A stretch of DNA of 64,000 nucleotides from Candidatus Eiseniibacteriota bacterium (GTDB lineage: Bacteria > Eisenbacteria > RBG-16-71-46 > JABDJR01), in contig CAWANH010000028.1 of assembly GCA_963783375.1 (NCBI GenBank), positions 864,001-928,000 of the forward strand, read 5' to 3'. Made by a program: the position numbers and the translations under genes. Under the pieces are notes generated by a model that saw only the letters and a list, made by a program, of their open reading frames with translations, had not been told where the DNA came from and searched no databases. Positions 50,582 through 61,684 of the stretch are shown here, piece by piece (position 1 is the stretch's first letter; the number at the start of each line of letters is the position of its first letter).

Positions 50582-50681
50582 CCCCGCCGCGGCCCGCCGA
50601 CGCGGACCCCGGGCGGTCCGTGAGCACCCGCGGCGGAGCCTCGGGGCCCGATCACCGCGCCGGTGGTATCCTCTGTCCCTC

Positions 50682-53600
50682 ATGTCCGGCGTGAACCATC
50701 ACCCCCCCCAGATCCTGGACCGCCCGGAACCGGTGTGGCGCGAGCGCTTCGGGGAGCTTCCCGCCCTGGGGGAGATCCTGGCCCACCTCGACGCCGAGGC
50801 CGGCTCCGGCGGCGCCCCGCGCCCGATCCACGTCCACAAGCTGGTGGGTTCGGCCAAGGCGCTCCTGGCGGCGGAGATCCGCCGCCGCACCGGCCGCCCG
50901 GTCCTGGTCCTCACCTCGGGGGAGGAAGGGGCCGAGGCCTTCCGCACCGACCTCGAGACGTTCCTCGCCGAGCCCGTCCTCTACCTGGCCGAGCACCAGG
51001 TCCGCCCCTACGAGGTCAAGGTGCCGCATACCGCGGTGGCGGCGGCCCGGCTCGAGGCCATGACCCGCCTGGCCGCCGACGAGGACGGCGTGGTGGTGGC
51101 CACCGCCCGGGCCCTGGCCGAGAAGGTTCCCTCCCCCCGCGTTCTCCGCGAGCACCTGGTCGCCTTCAAGGTCGGGGATCCGGTGGACGTGGAGGAGATT
51201 CTCACCCGGCTCACCTACCTGGGCTACGACCGGTCCCAGGCGGTGGAGGAGGTGGGGGACTTCGCGCTCCGGGGGGGGATCCTCGACGTCTACTCCCTGG
51301 GCGGGGAGCACCCCATCCGGATCGAGATCGAGTACGACGAGACCGCCTCGATCCGCGAGTTCGACGTCCACACCCAGCGCTCGGTCCGCTCGCTGGACCG
51401 GGCGGTGGTGATCCCCCGCTACGAGCTTCTCCTGGACGAGAAGCGCATTCGCGAGGCGGCGGACGCGCTCGGGGCGGAGAGCCCGGAGGCCGGCCGCGAG
51501 CTGGAGAGCGCCTTCGAGGTGGAGATCCACCCCGCGGGGATCGAGCGGGTGGCCGCCCGCTTCGGCCAGGAGCTGGGCTCGTTCCTGGGCTACCTCCCGC
51601 CGGGCGCCGTGGTCCTGGTGGAGGAGCCGGGGATGCTGCGGGCGCGGGTGGAAACGATCTGGGACGAGGTACTCGCCGCCTACGATGCGGTTCACGCCGA
51701 CTTCCCCCACGTGAGCCGCCCGGCCGATCTCTACCTCGATCCCTCGGTCCTCTACGAGGAACTCACCCTGTTCCCCGAGGTGCGCCTGTCCGACTTTTCC
51801 CAGGAGCCCGGCGACGCGGTCCTGGTCAAGGCGCGCTCCTCCCCTCCGGAATCCTTCGGCCGGAAGATCGATCTCTGGCGGGAGTACCTCCGCGGGCTCG
51901 TCCTCCGTGGGCTGGACGTGGTGGTGTTCTGCGACAACGAGGGCCAGCGCACCCGGCTCCACGAGCTCCTGGTGGAGGAGGGAATCGCGGTGCGGCTGAT
52001 CCTGGGGGTGATCTCCGCCGGCTTCCTTCTCGAGGAGGCGGGGCTGGCCGCGCTCACCGACCACGAGTTCTTCGGCCGCCCCCGCCGCCGCGCCCGCGCC
52101 CGCCGGTTCCGGTCCGGCTTCGGGCTGAAGGAGCTCCGCACCCTCAAGCCCGGGTCCTTCGTGGTCCACGTCGAGCACGGGATCGCGCGCTACCTGGGGC
52201 TCAGCCGCCTGGAGGTGAACGGCCACCTCACCGACGTGGCCCAGCTCGAATACCAGGGGAGCGACAAGCTCTACGTCCCGGTGGACCAGCTCGGGCTCAT
52301 CCAGCGCTACTCCTCGGAGGAGGGGAAGACGCCGGCCCTGTCCCGGCTGGGCGGGACCGGTTGGGCCAAGACCAAGAGCAAGGCCAAGAAGGCCATCCAG
52401 GAGATCGCCGGGGAACTGGTCCGGACCTACGCGCTCCGCAAGGCCCACCCCGGCCACGCCTTCGGCCCCGACACCCCCTGGCAGCGGGAGCTCGAGGGCT
52501 CGTTCCCCTTCGAGGAGACCCCCGACCAGCTGAAGGCGGTGGAGGCGACCAAGACCGACATGGAGACCCCCACCCCCATGGACCGGTTGATCTGCGGGGA
52601 CGTGGGGTACGGCAAGACCGAGGTCGCGGTGCGGGCCGCGTTCAAGGCGGTGATGGACGGGAAGCAGGTGGCGATGCTCGTCCCCACCACCATCCTCGCC
52701 GAACAGCACTTCAACACCTTCGCCGAGCGCTTCCGGGACTTCCCGATGCGGGTGGACATGCTTTCCCGCTTCCGCACCGCCCGGGAGCGGGCGTCGATCC
52801 TGGAAAAGGCCGCCGCCGGGACCCTCGACATGGTGATCGGCACCCACGCCCTCCTGGGCAAGGGCACCCGGTTCAAGAACCTCGGCCTCATCGTGGTGGA
52901 CGAGGAACAGCGCTTCGGGGTGGCCCACAAGGAGAAGCTGAAGCGGCTCCGGGCCAACGTGGACGTGCTCACCCTGACCGCCACCCCGATTCCCCGGACC
53001 TTGAACCTGTCGCTTCTGGGGGTGCGCGACATCACGGTGATCCAGACCCCGCCCGAGGGGCGGATGTCCGTCCAGACCGAGATCGCGGAGTTCGACCGGG
53101 AGCTCATCCAGGAGGCCCTGCTCCGCGAGGCCGACCGCGGGGGGCAGTCGTTCTTCGTCCACAACCGGGTCGAGTCGATCCACACCATGGCGGTCTTCAT
53201 CCAGAAGCTCTGTCCCCAGCTCCGGGTGGCGGTGGCCCACGGCCAGATGGCCGAGCGCCAGCTCGAGAAGGTCATGCACGACTTCGTGGAGAAGCGGATC
53301 GACGTCCTGGTGGCCACCATGATCATCGAGAACGGCCTCGACATCCCGTCGGTGAACACCATGGTGGTGAACCGGGCCGACGCCTTCGGCCTCTCTCAGC
53401 TCTACCAGCTCCGCGGCCGGGTGGGCCGGAGCGTGCAGAAGGCGTTCTGCTACTTCCTGGTCCCCGCCAACACCGCCCTGTACCGAGAACGCCATGAAGC
53501 GGCTCCGGGCCATCGCCGAGTTCGACGAGCTGGGAAGCGGCTTCGCCCTGGCCATGCGCGACCTGGAGATCCGGGGGGCGGGCAACATCCTGGGCCGCGA

Positions 53601-54147
53601 GCAATCGGGGCACATCATCTCGGTCGGCTTCGAGATGTACGTCCGCCTGGTGGAGGAGGCGGTCAGGGAGCTCAAGGGACTCCCGACCGAGGAGCGCCCC
53701 GAGCCGAGGCTCACCACCGACGTGGACGCCTACCTCCCCGACGACTACGTGGAGGACGCCGAGGAGAAGGTGGCGTTCTACAAGCGGCTGGCCGACGCCT
53801 CGGATCCGGACGAGATCCAGGCCCTGGAGGAGGAGCTTCGCGACCGGTTCGGCCGGCTGGCCCTCCCCGCCGAGGCCCTGTTCCAGCTCCGGCGGCTGAG
53901 GCTCCTGGGGGGGATGGCCGGGGTCTCCTCAATCTGGCTGCGAGGCAATAAGATCGACTTCGAGCTGGCCGCCCCCCCCGCCCCGGGTACGATCAAGGAG
54001 TGGATGAAACAAATCACGGTTCCGGTAGAGTTTGCGACTTCCGGGCGCTTCGTGCTCAAGGCCAAGGGGGGTCTTCCCGAAGCGCTGGACCTTCTGTCCC
54101 GGATGGCGGGTAATCCCCCCGGGGACGAAACCGGGACCGGGGCCTAG
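50682..54147 (+). CDS. mfd: Transcription-repair coupling factor Mfd, +1 frameshift at ~53481
   Basis: 'VVHVEHGI.RY.G', 'MDRLICGDVGYGKTEVA', 'DEEQRFGV', 'TATPIPRT', 'QLRGRVGR'; TRG/TRCF part 'AMRDLEIRGAGNILG.EQSG' in next frame (53494-54147). Confidence 0.95.
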
Positions 54148-54214
54148 TCCCGGGACTCGCGGCGGCCGGCGGGATTCCGGCCCGGCCGGTTGGCAATTCA
54201 CCGAAAGCAGGACC

Positions 54215-55504
54215 ATGAGACGCATTCTCGGCAGCCTGGCGGTCCTGGTGGCCGCCTTCGCGCTCCTCACCGGGGCCGAGCAGATCATCGACCGCATCGC
54301 CGCGGTGGTGAACGACGACATCATTCTCCGTTCCGAGGTGGACGAGAAGATGTTCATCCTCGACTCCCAGAACCAGCTGGCGGGGAAGGATTCCACCGAG
54401 ATCGCCCAGATCCGCTCGGACGTCCTGAACCGGCTCATCGAGGAGCGGCTGGTGGTGCAGCGCGCCAAGAGCCAGGGGATCACCGTGGACGACAGCGAGG
54501 TCACCCAGCAGGTGGACCAGGCCATGGCCAAGGTGAAGGCGCAGTTTCCCTCGGACGCGGAGTACCAGGGCGCCCTCGAGAAGGAAGGCATCACCCAGAC
54601 CATGCTCCGGGAGCGCTACGAGACCGACATCCGCCAGGAGCTTCTGGCCCAGAAGGTGGTGGGACGGGAGATCCGGAGCAAGGTTGAGGTGTCCACCGAC
54701 CAGGTCCAGAAATACTACGGGGAGCACAAGGACGAACTCCCCCAGAAGCCCGACGAGGTCCACCTGGCCCACATCGTGATCTACCCGGTGGACCCGGCCA
54801 AGGAGCAGGCGGCGCTGTCCCGGATCCAGGCCGCCCGCGCGCGCATCGTGAACGGCGAGAGCTTCGAGACGGTGGCCAAGGAGGTATCCGACGATCCCTC
54901 GGCCGGCAACGGCGGGCTTCTCCCCGGCTGGTACCAGCCCGGGGACCTCGACCCCGATTTCGAGGCCGCCGCCGATAGCCTCCAGATCGGCGAGCTTTCC
55001 CAGCCCATCCGCACCCAGTACGGCTACCACCTGATCGAGGTGGTGGACCGGGACGGGCCGAAGTACCAGGTTCGCCACGTCCTGGCCATGGTGAAGCCCT
55101 CGCCGGCCGACGTTCAGACCGCCGAGGCCACCGCGGAGAAGGCCCGTGAGCGGGTGCTGGGGGGCGAGGACTTCGGCAAGGTGGCGGCGGAGATGAGCGA
55201 CGACCCGCTCACCAAGGACCAGGACGGCGACCTGGGGTGGACTCCGATCCAGGCCCTGGTCCCGGCGGTGGCCCAGCTCGTCGACAGCGTGGGGGTGAAC
55301 GGGATCAGCCCGGTGGTGCGCTCCAACCGTGGCTTCCACGTGTTCAAGATCCTGAACCGGAGGAGCGGCGGGGCCTATACCTACGACGAGGTCCAGGACC
55401 GGCTCAAGAACTACCTGGAGCAGCAGGAGCTCGAGAAGGCCTACGACAAGTGGATGACCGCGGTGCGGGACTCCGCCTACGTGGAGATCAAGGCGGCCTC
55501 CTGA
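54215..55504 (+). CDS. surA: SurA-like periplasmic chaperone/PPIase (two parvulin domains)
   Basis: 'IDRIAAVVNDDIIL.SE', 'F..VA...SDD.S...GG.L', 'YGYHLI', 'GFHVFK', 'RDSAYVEI'. Confidence 0.88.
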   Translation: MRRILGSLAVLVAAFALLTGAEQIIDRIAAVVNDDIILRSEVDEKMFILDSQNQLAGKDSTEIAQIRSDVLNRLIEERLVVQRAKSQGITVDDSEVTQQVDQAMAKVKAQFPSDAEYQGALEKEGITQTMLRERYETDIRQELLAQKVVGREIRSKVEVSTDQVQKYYGEHKDELPQKPDEVHLAHIVIYPVDPAKEQAALSRIQAARARIVNGESFETVAKEVSDDPSAGNGGLLPGWYQPGDLDPDFEAAADSLQIGELSQPIRTQYGYHLIEVVDRDGPKYQVRHVLAMVKPSPADVQTAEATAEKARERVLGGEDFGKVAAEMSDDPLTKDQDGDLGWTPIQALVPAVAQLVDSVGVNGISPVVRSNRGFHVFKILNRRSGGAYTYDEVQDRLKNYLEQQELEKAYDKWMTAVRDSAYVEIKAAS

Positions 55505-55530
55505 CCGCTCCGTTGGGGGAACCCGACCCG

Positions 55531-55800
55531 ATGCGGATCGACGTCTACCTGAACGCGGTGAACATCCTGAAGAGCCGCACCCTGGCCAAGGAAGCCGCGG
55601 AGCGGGGGAAGGCGACCCTGAACGGGCAGCCGGTGAAGGGAGCCCACCCGGTGGCGCCCGGAGACCGGGTCCGGCTCGACCTGGGGACCCGGGTCCTCAC
55701 CATCGAGGTGGTGGAGATTCCATCCGGACCGGTGGCGAAGAAGCTCTCCGGGGACTACTACACCGTGATCTCCGACGAGAGGGTCTCCCTGGACTTCTGA
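55531..55800 (+). CDS. S4-domain RNA-binding protein (HslR/RqcP-like)
   Basis: 'MRID.YL....I.KSRTLAKEA...G...LNG...K..H.V..GD'. Confidence 0.88.
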   Translation: MRIDVYLNAVNILKSRTLAKEAAERGKATLNGQPVKGAHPVAPGDRVRLDLGTRVLTIEVVEIPSGPVAKKLSGDYYTVISDERVSLDF

Positions 55801-55869
55801 GCGCCCGCGCCCACCGCCGGTTCGCGGCCCCGTTTCATCAAACGATCATTCCCCCGGAAGGAGGACGTC

Positions 55870-57249
55870 ATGGCATCGGGCTACGATGCGATCATCATCG
55901 GGACCGGGCAGGCCGGTCCGGGTCTGGCCGGGCGCCTCACCGCCGCCGGCATGAAGGTGGCTATCGTCGAGCGGAACCGCTTCGGCGGCACCTGCGTCAA
56001 TACCGGCTGCATCCCCACCAAGGCCATGGTGGCCAGCGCCCGCGCCGCCCACGTGGCCCGGCGGGCCGCCGATCTCGGGGTTCGGATCGAGGGGTCGGTT
56101 GCGGTGGACATGGCCGCGGTCAAGGCCCGGAAGGACCGGATCGTGGCGGAGTCCCGGGATCCACTGAAGGGGTGGCTCGATGGGATGGACGGCTGCACGG
56201 TCTACCGGGGGCACGCGCGGTTCGAGAACACCCACGCGGTCCGGGTGGGGGACGATCGGCTCGAGAGCGAGCGGATCTTCGTCAACGTCGGCGGACGGGC
56301 GGCGGTGCCGGAAATGCCCGGGATCGACACCGTTCCGGTCCTCACCAACTCGACCATGATGGACGTGGACTTCCTTCCCGAGCACCTGGTGGTGGTGGGG
56401 GGAAGCTACATCGGGCTCGAGTTCGGCCAGATGTTCCGGCGGTTCGGGAGCCGGGTCACGATCATCGAGAAGGGCCCGCGGCTGATCGGCCGGGAGGACG
56501 AGGACGTCTCCGAGGCGATCCGGGGGATCCTCGAGAACGAGGGGATCGAGTTCCGGCTGAACGCGGAGTGCATCGGCTTCGAGAAGCGCGACGGGGGGAT
56601 CGCGGCGCGGGCGGAGTGCGCCGAAGGACCGCCCGAGGTCGCCGGCACCCACGTCCTGCTCGCGGTGGGGCGGCGCCCCAACACCGACGACCTGGGCCTG
56701 GAAAAGGCCGGGATCGAGGCCGACGATCGCGGCTACATCGTGACCGACGACCAGCTTCGGACGAGCGTGGAGGGGGTGTGGGCCCTGGGGGACTGCAACG
56801 GGAAGGGCGCCTTCACCCACACCTCCTACAACGACTACGAGGTGGTGGCGGCGAACCTGTTGGACGACGACCCCCGGCGGGTGAGCGACCGGATCACCGC
56901 CTACAATCTATACGTCGACCCGCCCCTCGGGCGGGCGGGCCTGACCGAGGCCCAGGTGCGCTCGTCGGGGCGGAAGGCCCTCCGGGGCTACCGGCCCATG
57001 ACCCGGGTGGCCCGGGCCGCCGAGAGGAGCGAGACCCAGGGGTTCATGAAGGTGCTGGTGGACGCGGAGACCGAGCGGATCCTGGGGGCGGCGATCCTGG
57101 GGATCGAGGGCGACGAGGTCATCCACTCGATCCTCGACGTCATGTACGCCGACGCTCCCTACACCGTGATCAGCCGGGCCGTGCACATCCACCCCACGGT
57201 CTCGGAGCTGGTGCCGACGATGTTGCAGGAGCTGGAGCCGTTGGATTGA
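55870..57249 (+). CDS. FAD-dependent pyridine nucleotide-disulfide oxidoreductase (Lpd/MerA/RclA family)
   Basis: 'IIGTGQAG', 'GGTCVNTGCIP.K', 'GGSYIGLE', 'WALGD', 'HPTVSE'. Confidence 0.92.
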   Translation: MASGYDAIIIGTGQAGPGLAGRLTAAGMKVAIVERNRFGGTCVNTGCIPTKAMVASARAAHVARRAADLGVRIEGSVAVDMAAVKARKDRIVAESRDPLKGWLDGMDGCTVYRGHARFENTHAVRVGDDRLESERIFVNVGGRAAVPEMPGIDTVPVLTNSTMMDVDFLPEHLVVVGGSYIGLEFGQMFRRFGSRVTIIEKGPRLIGREDEDVSEAIRGILENEGIEFRLNAECIGFEKRDGGIAARAECAEGPPEVAGTHVLLAVGRRPNTDDLGLEKAGIEADDRGYIVTDDQLRTSVEGVWALGDCNGKGAFTHTSYNDYEVVAANLLDDDPRRVSDRITAYNLYVDPPLGRAGLTEAQVRSSGRKALRGYRPMTRVARAAERSETQGFMKVLVDAETERILGAAILGIEGDEVIHSILDVMYADAPYTVISRAVHIHPTVSELVPTMLQELEPLD

Positions 57250-57369
57250 ATTCGGAGGCGCGGATCGTTCGCGTTGTCGCCTGATCGATCGGGCCGATGT
57301 TCGTTTTGATCGTGGTTCGTTTGTGTCGTTGTTTGCCGGTACGGAAACCATCATCACGGGAGGTGACCC

Positions 57370-58374
57370 ATGCGACGGGTCCAATTGGTATTGGTGGCAT
57401 CGGCGGTCGCGGCTCTGGCCGGCTGGACGCTCGGCGGGTGCTACGGCCAGAAGAAGCAATCGGAGCGCCTATCCGAAACTCCGGCCGACACCACGGGGCT
57501 CGCCGCCGCCTCGGACTCGGCGTTCGTTCCCTACTGGACGTCGCGCGGGATCGTCTACATCCAGGCGGTCTGCGACTCGACCGGCCGGGTGATCCAGGCC
57601 ACGCCCTACGAGGGGGACGTGACCGGCCCCACCGCCGACTCCCTGGTGGCCCTGGTTCGGGGATCGACCTATTCCCCGGAGGACCTGGAGCGGCGCGAGA
57701 CCGGGCAGTTCGACGTGGTGATCCCGTTCGCACTCAACCGCCGCGCCGAAGGTTTCGGCGGGCGGGAGGGCCCGAGGCTCGCCGCCGCGGTCCGCGACAC
57801 GCTGCGCGAGGGGTCCTTGAAGCCCTGGTACGACCTGTGGCGGGCGGTCGATCCCGGCTTCACCCTGGACGACTTCACCTCCACCGGCCCGCAGCCCATT
57901 CCCCGGGCGGAGTGGCCGCACTTCCTGGACACCCCGGAGATCACGGCCAAGGCGGGGCTGGGGCTCCTGCGGGTCTCCTCCTCCGGCAGGTGGGTGCTGG
58001 ACCCCTACGCCGGAACGACCTTCCCCGGGGGGCAGCCGGCGGCGGACGTCGATCGGGGGTTTTCGCTGAGCGAGGAGGCGACGGGAAAGCGCATCTTCCA
58101 CGTCGTCGCGCCCAGGGAGGACATGTGGCTCGCCGCCTGGACCGGTCCCGACACCTTCGTCATCGTGGGCATGGCGGCGGTGTTGAATCCGAAAGCCCGG
58201 CACGGGCGGGACCTGGACGTCTGGGCCCCCGCGGTCTGGATCGGCGACGCCGATGCCGGGACGCTGGAGACCTTCCACGGCGTGCCGGTGGACCCCCGGG
58301 AGACGCGCGAGGTGGACGCGCGGAAGACGAAGCTCCTGGAAGGGGCGTTTCCGAACGTGAACTGGGCGGGGTAG
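57370..58374 (+). CDS. Hypothetical lipoprotein, possible TonB-C-like domain
   Basis: GGAGG RBS; lipobox 'LGGC'; 'GIVYIQAVCDSTGRV...DSLVALVRGSTYSP...VVIPFAL'. Confidence 0.65.
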   Translation: MRRVQLVLVASAVAALAGWTLGGCYGQKKQSERLSETPADTTGLAAASDSAFVPYWTSRGIVYIQAVCDSTGRVIQATPYEGDVTGPTADSLVALVRGSTYSPEDLERRETGQFDVVIPFALNRRAEGFGGREGPRLAAAVRDTLREGSLKPWYDLWRAVDPGFTLDDFTSTGPQPIPRAEWPHFLDTPEITAKAGLGLLRVSSSGRWVLDPYAGTTFPGGQPAADVDRGFSLSEEATGKRIFHVVAPREDMWLAAWTGPDTFVIVGMAAVLNPKARHGRDLDVWAPAVWIGDADAGTLETFHGVPVDPRETREVDARKTKLLEGAFPNVNWAG

Positions 58375-58476
58375 GGGCGGGGCCGGCGTCCGCCGTCGCT
58401 CGGAGGGCCTTGGTCCCCCGGGGGAACTTCGGGCGCGGCCGTCGGGCGGGCGCACCTTCCGCGCCCGGGTACCGGC

Positions 58477-59067
58477 TCAGCCCCCCGCGGTGACGAGCAG
58501 GCCGAACAGGTTCATCCACCAGAGGAACAGGCACGCCCCCACCAGGATGATCTCGGCGCGGTTGAAGGCGACCCGGACCGGGAGCCGCGGCTCGGCCACC
58601 GACCAGACCGCGTTCATGGCCCCCTGGACGTAGACCAGGGGAAGGATCTGGAGGGCCAGGAGCAACACGTCGATCAGGAACGAGCTCAGGCTCTCCCCGA
58701 TCCCCTTCGGCTTCCAGCGATAGACCATGAGCCACACCGCGGTGGTGAAGAGGTTGATCCCGATGAAGGCCAGGAAAGCCCGGACCGCGGAGAACCCGGC
58801 GATCCCCAGCCGGAGCGCGGTGAGCTGAACGGCGCGGAAGAAGTCGTAGACCAGGTAGAAGTTCAGGAATGGAACGAGGAGCCCGGCGGTTCGCCATCCG
58901 GCGTGGGGCGTCTCCAGGTCGCGCCAGCTCCGCCAGAACCAGTAGAACTGGTACAGGCCGAAGGACGCGAAGATCAGGACCACCAGGCGCCGGACGGGGC
59001 GGGCCCGGGACCAGGCCGGCGGCGGGGCGGCGAGCTGTTCGTCGTTCCGAGGGTCGCGTTCATCCAT
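58477..59067 (-). CDS. DUF4234-like membrane protein
   Basis: 'L..ASFGLYQFYWFWRSW', 'YVQ..MN..W', 4-5 TM. Confidence 0.65.
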   Translation of the reverse strand: MDERDPRNDEQLAAPPPAWSRARPVRRLVVLIFASFGLYQFYWFWRSWRDLETPHAGWRTAGLLVPFLNFYLVYDFFRAVQLTALRLGIAGFSAVRAFLAFIGINLFTTAVWLMVYRWKPKGIGESLSSFLIDVLLLALQILPLVYVQGAMNAVWSVAEPRLPVRVAFNRAEIILVGACLFLWWMNLFGLLVTAGG

Positions 59068-59101
59068 CGCGGCGGTTCCACCCAGTGCCCATCGTTGCCG
59101 T

Positions 59102-60523
59102 CTACTCCCCGTCGAGCTTCACGCTGTCCTTGTCGATGATCCCGGGCTGGGTCCATCGAATCGGATCGAGAAGCTCGCGCGCCCTGGCCTCGGGAATCCC
59201 CAGCACCTCCGCCGCCACCGCGATCACGCTCCGCCTCTCCGCCACCGCCTGCTTCACGATCTCCGCCGCCTTGCCGTACCCCACCACCGGGTTCAGCGCC
59301 GTGGCCAACGACACCGTCCGCTCGGCATAGTTGCGGCACACCTCGGGATCGGCCTCGATCCCCTCCACGCAGAGTTCGCGGAAGACCCGGAGCGCCCGGG
59401 TGAAGATCCCCATCGAGAACAGGATCTCGTAGGCGATGACCGGCATCATCACGTTGAGCTGGAACTGGCCGGCCGCCGACGCCATCGCGACCGCGGTCTC
59501 GGCCCCGATCACGTGGAAGCACACCATGTTCATGTTCTCCGCCATCACCGGGTTCACCTTCCCGGGCATGATCGAGGACCCGGGCTGGACGGCGGGGAGC
59601 ACGATCTCCCCGATCCCGCTGGTCGGCCCCGACGACATGAGACGGAGGTCGTTGGCGATCTTCGTCATCTCCAGGGCCACCCCCTTGAGCGCCCCGGCGT
59701 AGCGGGCGAAGTCGTGGGTGCTCTGGTGCATGGCCACCGGAGTCCCGATGGGGCGAAGCGGGAGGCCGGTGAGCCGCGCCAGCTCCTCGCAGATTTTCGG
59801 GGGATAGTCGGGGTGGCGGTTGACCCCGGTCCCCACCGCGGTTCCCCCGATCCCCAGCTCCTCCAGGGCCCCGGCGGCGGTCTCGAGATCCCGCCGCGCC
59901 CGCCGGATGGTCTCGGCGTAGCCGTCGAACACCTGGCCCAGGGTGATGGGCGTGGCGTCCTGGAGATGGGTCCGCCCCGCGGTCACCAGGTCCCGGAACG
60001 CGTGTCCGCGGTCGTGGAGGCTCCGGGCGAGGTCGTCCAGGGCTCTCTCCAGCTCGCCCTCCACCAGCTGCACCGCGATCCGCATGGCGGTGGGAAAGGT
60101 GTCGTTGGTGGATTGGCCGAAGTTCACGTGGTTGTTGGGGTGGACCGGGTCGTAGGTCCCCTTGGTCCCCCCCAGGATCTCGTTGGCCCGGTTGGCCAGG
60201 ACCTCGTTCACGTTCATGTGGTGGCTGGTGCCCGCCCCGGCCTGGAAGGGGTCCACCACGAACTGGTCGGCCAGCCGTCCGGCCAGGACCTCGTCCGCCG
60301 CCTGGACGATCGCCCCGGCCCGCCGCCGGTCCAGGAGCCCCAGGTCCGCGTTCACCGTGGCCGCCGCCCGCTTGAGGAAGGCGTAGGCCCGGACCAGGGA
60401 GGGATCGGGATCCAGCCCGGAAATGGGGAAGTTGTGCACGGCGCGCTGGGTCTGGGCCCCCCAGTAGGCCCCGGCGGGGACCTCGACCTCACCCAGGGAG
60501 TCGCGTTCGCGGCGGGTTTCCAT
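59102..60523 (-). CDS. aspA: Aspartate ammonia-lyase (fumarase/aspartase superfamily)
   Basis: 'RERDSLG', 'FQAGAGTS..MN.NEV' (aspartase-like rather than FumC 'WQTGSGT'), 'QSTNDTFPT', 'GSSIMPGKVNPV'. Confidence 0.75.
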   Translation of the reverse strand: METRRERDSLGEVEVPAGAYWGAQTQRAVHNFPISGLDPDPSLVRAYAFLKRAAATVNADLGLLDRRRAGAIVQAADEVLAGRLADQFVVDPFQAGAGTSHHMNVNEVLANRANEILGGTKGTYDPVHPNNHVNFGQSTNDTFPTAMRIAVQLVEGELERALDDLARSLHDRGHAFRDLVTAGRTHLQDATPITLGQVFDGYAETIRRARRDLETAAGALEELGIGGTAVGTGVNRHPDYPPKICEELARLTGLPLRPIGTPVAMHQSTHDFARYAGALKGVALEMTKIANDLRLMSSGPTSGIGEIVLPAVQPGSSIMPGKVNPVMAENMNMVCFHVIGAETAVAMASAAGQFQLNVMMPVIAYEILFSMGIFTRALRVFRELCVEGIEADPEVCRNYAERTVSLATALNPVVGYGKAAEIVKQAVAERRSVIAVAAEVLGIPEARARELLDPIRWTQPGIIDKDSVKLDGE

Positions 60524-60925
60524 GCTGGGGCTCCTGACGACGGGGGAGGTTGGCTTGCGCGCCCCGGTCCCGAACCCGGGCCGCCCGGACGGGGATCGCG
60601 GGGAGCGCGAAAACGCAACCCATGCTAGCACAGGGAAATGGCGGGGACGAGGGAGCCGGTGGGGCCCGGTTCGAAGTCCCGGGAACCGCCGATCGCCCCC
60701 CCGGGTTCCCCCCGCGCCGACCCGGCGAAGCCGTTCATTGTCCGGCGGTGTGGGCTGTGATAGCCTCGGGCCTCCAGCCCACGATCGCCGGAGCGGATCA
60801 TCCAACCAGAATTCGCTACGGCCCAGCCTCGGCGCGGACGAAAACCCTTGGAGGGGGGGAATCGCTATCGCGAGCGATCCCTGTTGCCCTCCCCCGGCAT
60901 CACCGCGTTACCGACCACAAGGCAC

Positions 60926-61615
60926 ATGATCAAGTTTTTCCACGTCACCAAGGCGTACCGGAACGGCGCCCCGCCCGCGCTCGTGGACGTGAACCTCACC
61001 GTCGAGGACGGGGAGTTCGTCTATCTCGTGGGCCCGAGCGGCGCGGGCAAGACCACGATCCTGAAGCTCATCCACATGGAGCAGTTCCCCAGCGAGGGGG
61101 AAGTGGTGGTGGCCGGCTTCACCACCGCGGCCATGACCCGGAAGAAGATCCTCACCCTGCGCCGGCGGGTGGGGGTGGTCTTCCAGGACTACCGGCTCCT
61201 CCACGACCGGTCGGTCTACGAGAACGTGGCCTTTCCCCTCCGGCTCTTCGGCGAGTACGGCGAGACGGAGATCCGCGACCGGGTGGACTTCGTCCTCGAC
61301 CAGGTCGGCCTCCTCCACCGGGCCGAGGACCGTCCCCGCGAGCTTTCGGGGGGCGAGCAGCAACGGATCGCCCTCGCCCGCTCGGTGGCCAACCGCCCCT
61401 TCGTGCTCCTGGCCGACGAGCCGACCGCCAACCTGGACCCCAGGACCTCGGACGAGATCATCGACATCATCCGCCGCATCCACCTGGGCGGCACCGCGGT
61501 GATCCTGGCCACCCACAAGATGGAGCTGGTCATGAACTCCGGCGAGCGCTACGTCCGCATGGACGGCGGGGCCATCGTCGAGGACTGGGTGGATCCGCTC
61601 CGGGGGGTGCGCTGA
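60926..61615 (+). CDS. ftsE: Cell division ATP-binding protein FtsE
   Basis: 'GPSGAGKTT', 'GVVFQDYRLL', 'LSGGEQQR', 'LLADEPTANLD'; upstream of ftsX. Confidence 0.92.
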   Translation: MIKFFHVTKAYRNGAPPALVDVNLTVEDGEFVYLVGPSGAGKTTILKLIHMEQFPSEGEVVVAGFTTAAMTRKKILTLRRRVGVVFQDYRLLHDRSVYENVAFPLRLFGEYGETEIRDRVDFVLDQVGLLHRAEDRPRELSGGEQQRIALARSVANRPFVLLADEPTANLDPRTSDEIIDIIRRIHLGGTAVILATHKMELVMNSGERYVRMDGGAIVEDWVDPLRGVR

Positions 61616-61684
61616 CATGATCGCGTACCCGGAACCGACACGCCGGAGCGGCCCCGCCGGGCCGCCTCACGGGGGACCCCGGCC

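Noticed and set aside
53470-53500. Programmed frameshift or split mfd
   Set aside because: No slippery sequence; removing one T restores a normal Mfd, consistent with window-wide indel errors
55870-57249. Mercuric reductase merA
   Set aside because: Lacks the C-terminal Cys-Cys pair and N-terminal HMA domain; no mer operon
60640-60700. tRNA-like 'GGTTCGAAGTCC'
   Set aside because: No cloverleaf, acceptor stem or CCA could be built
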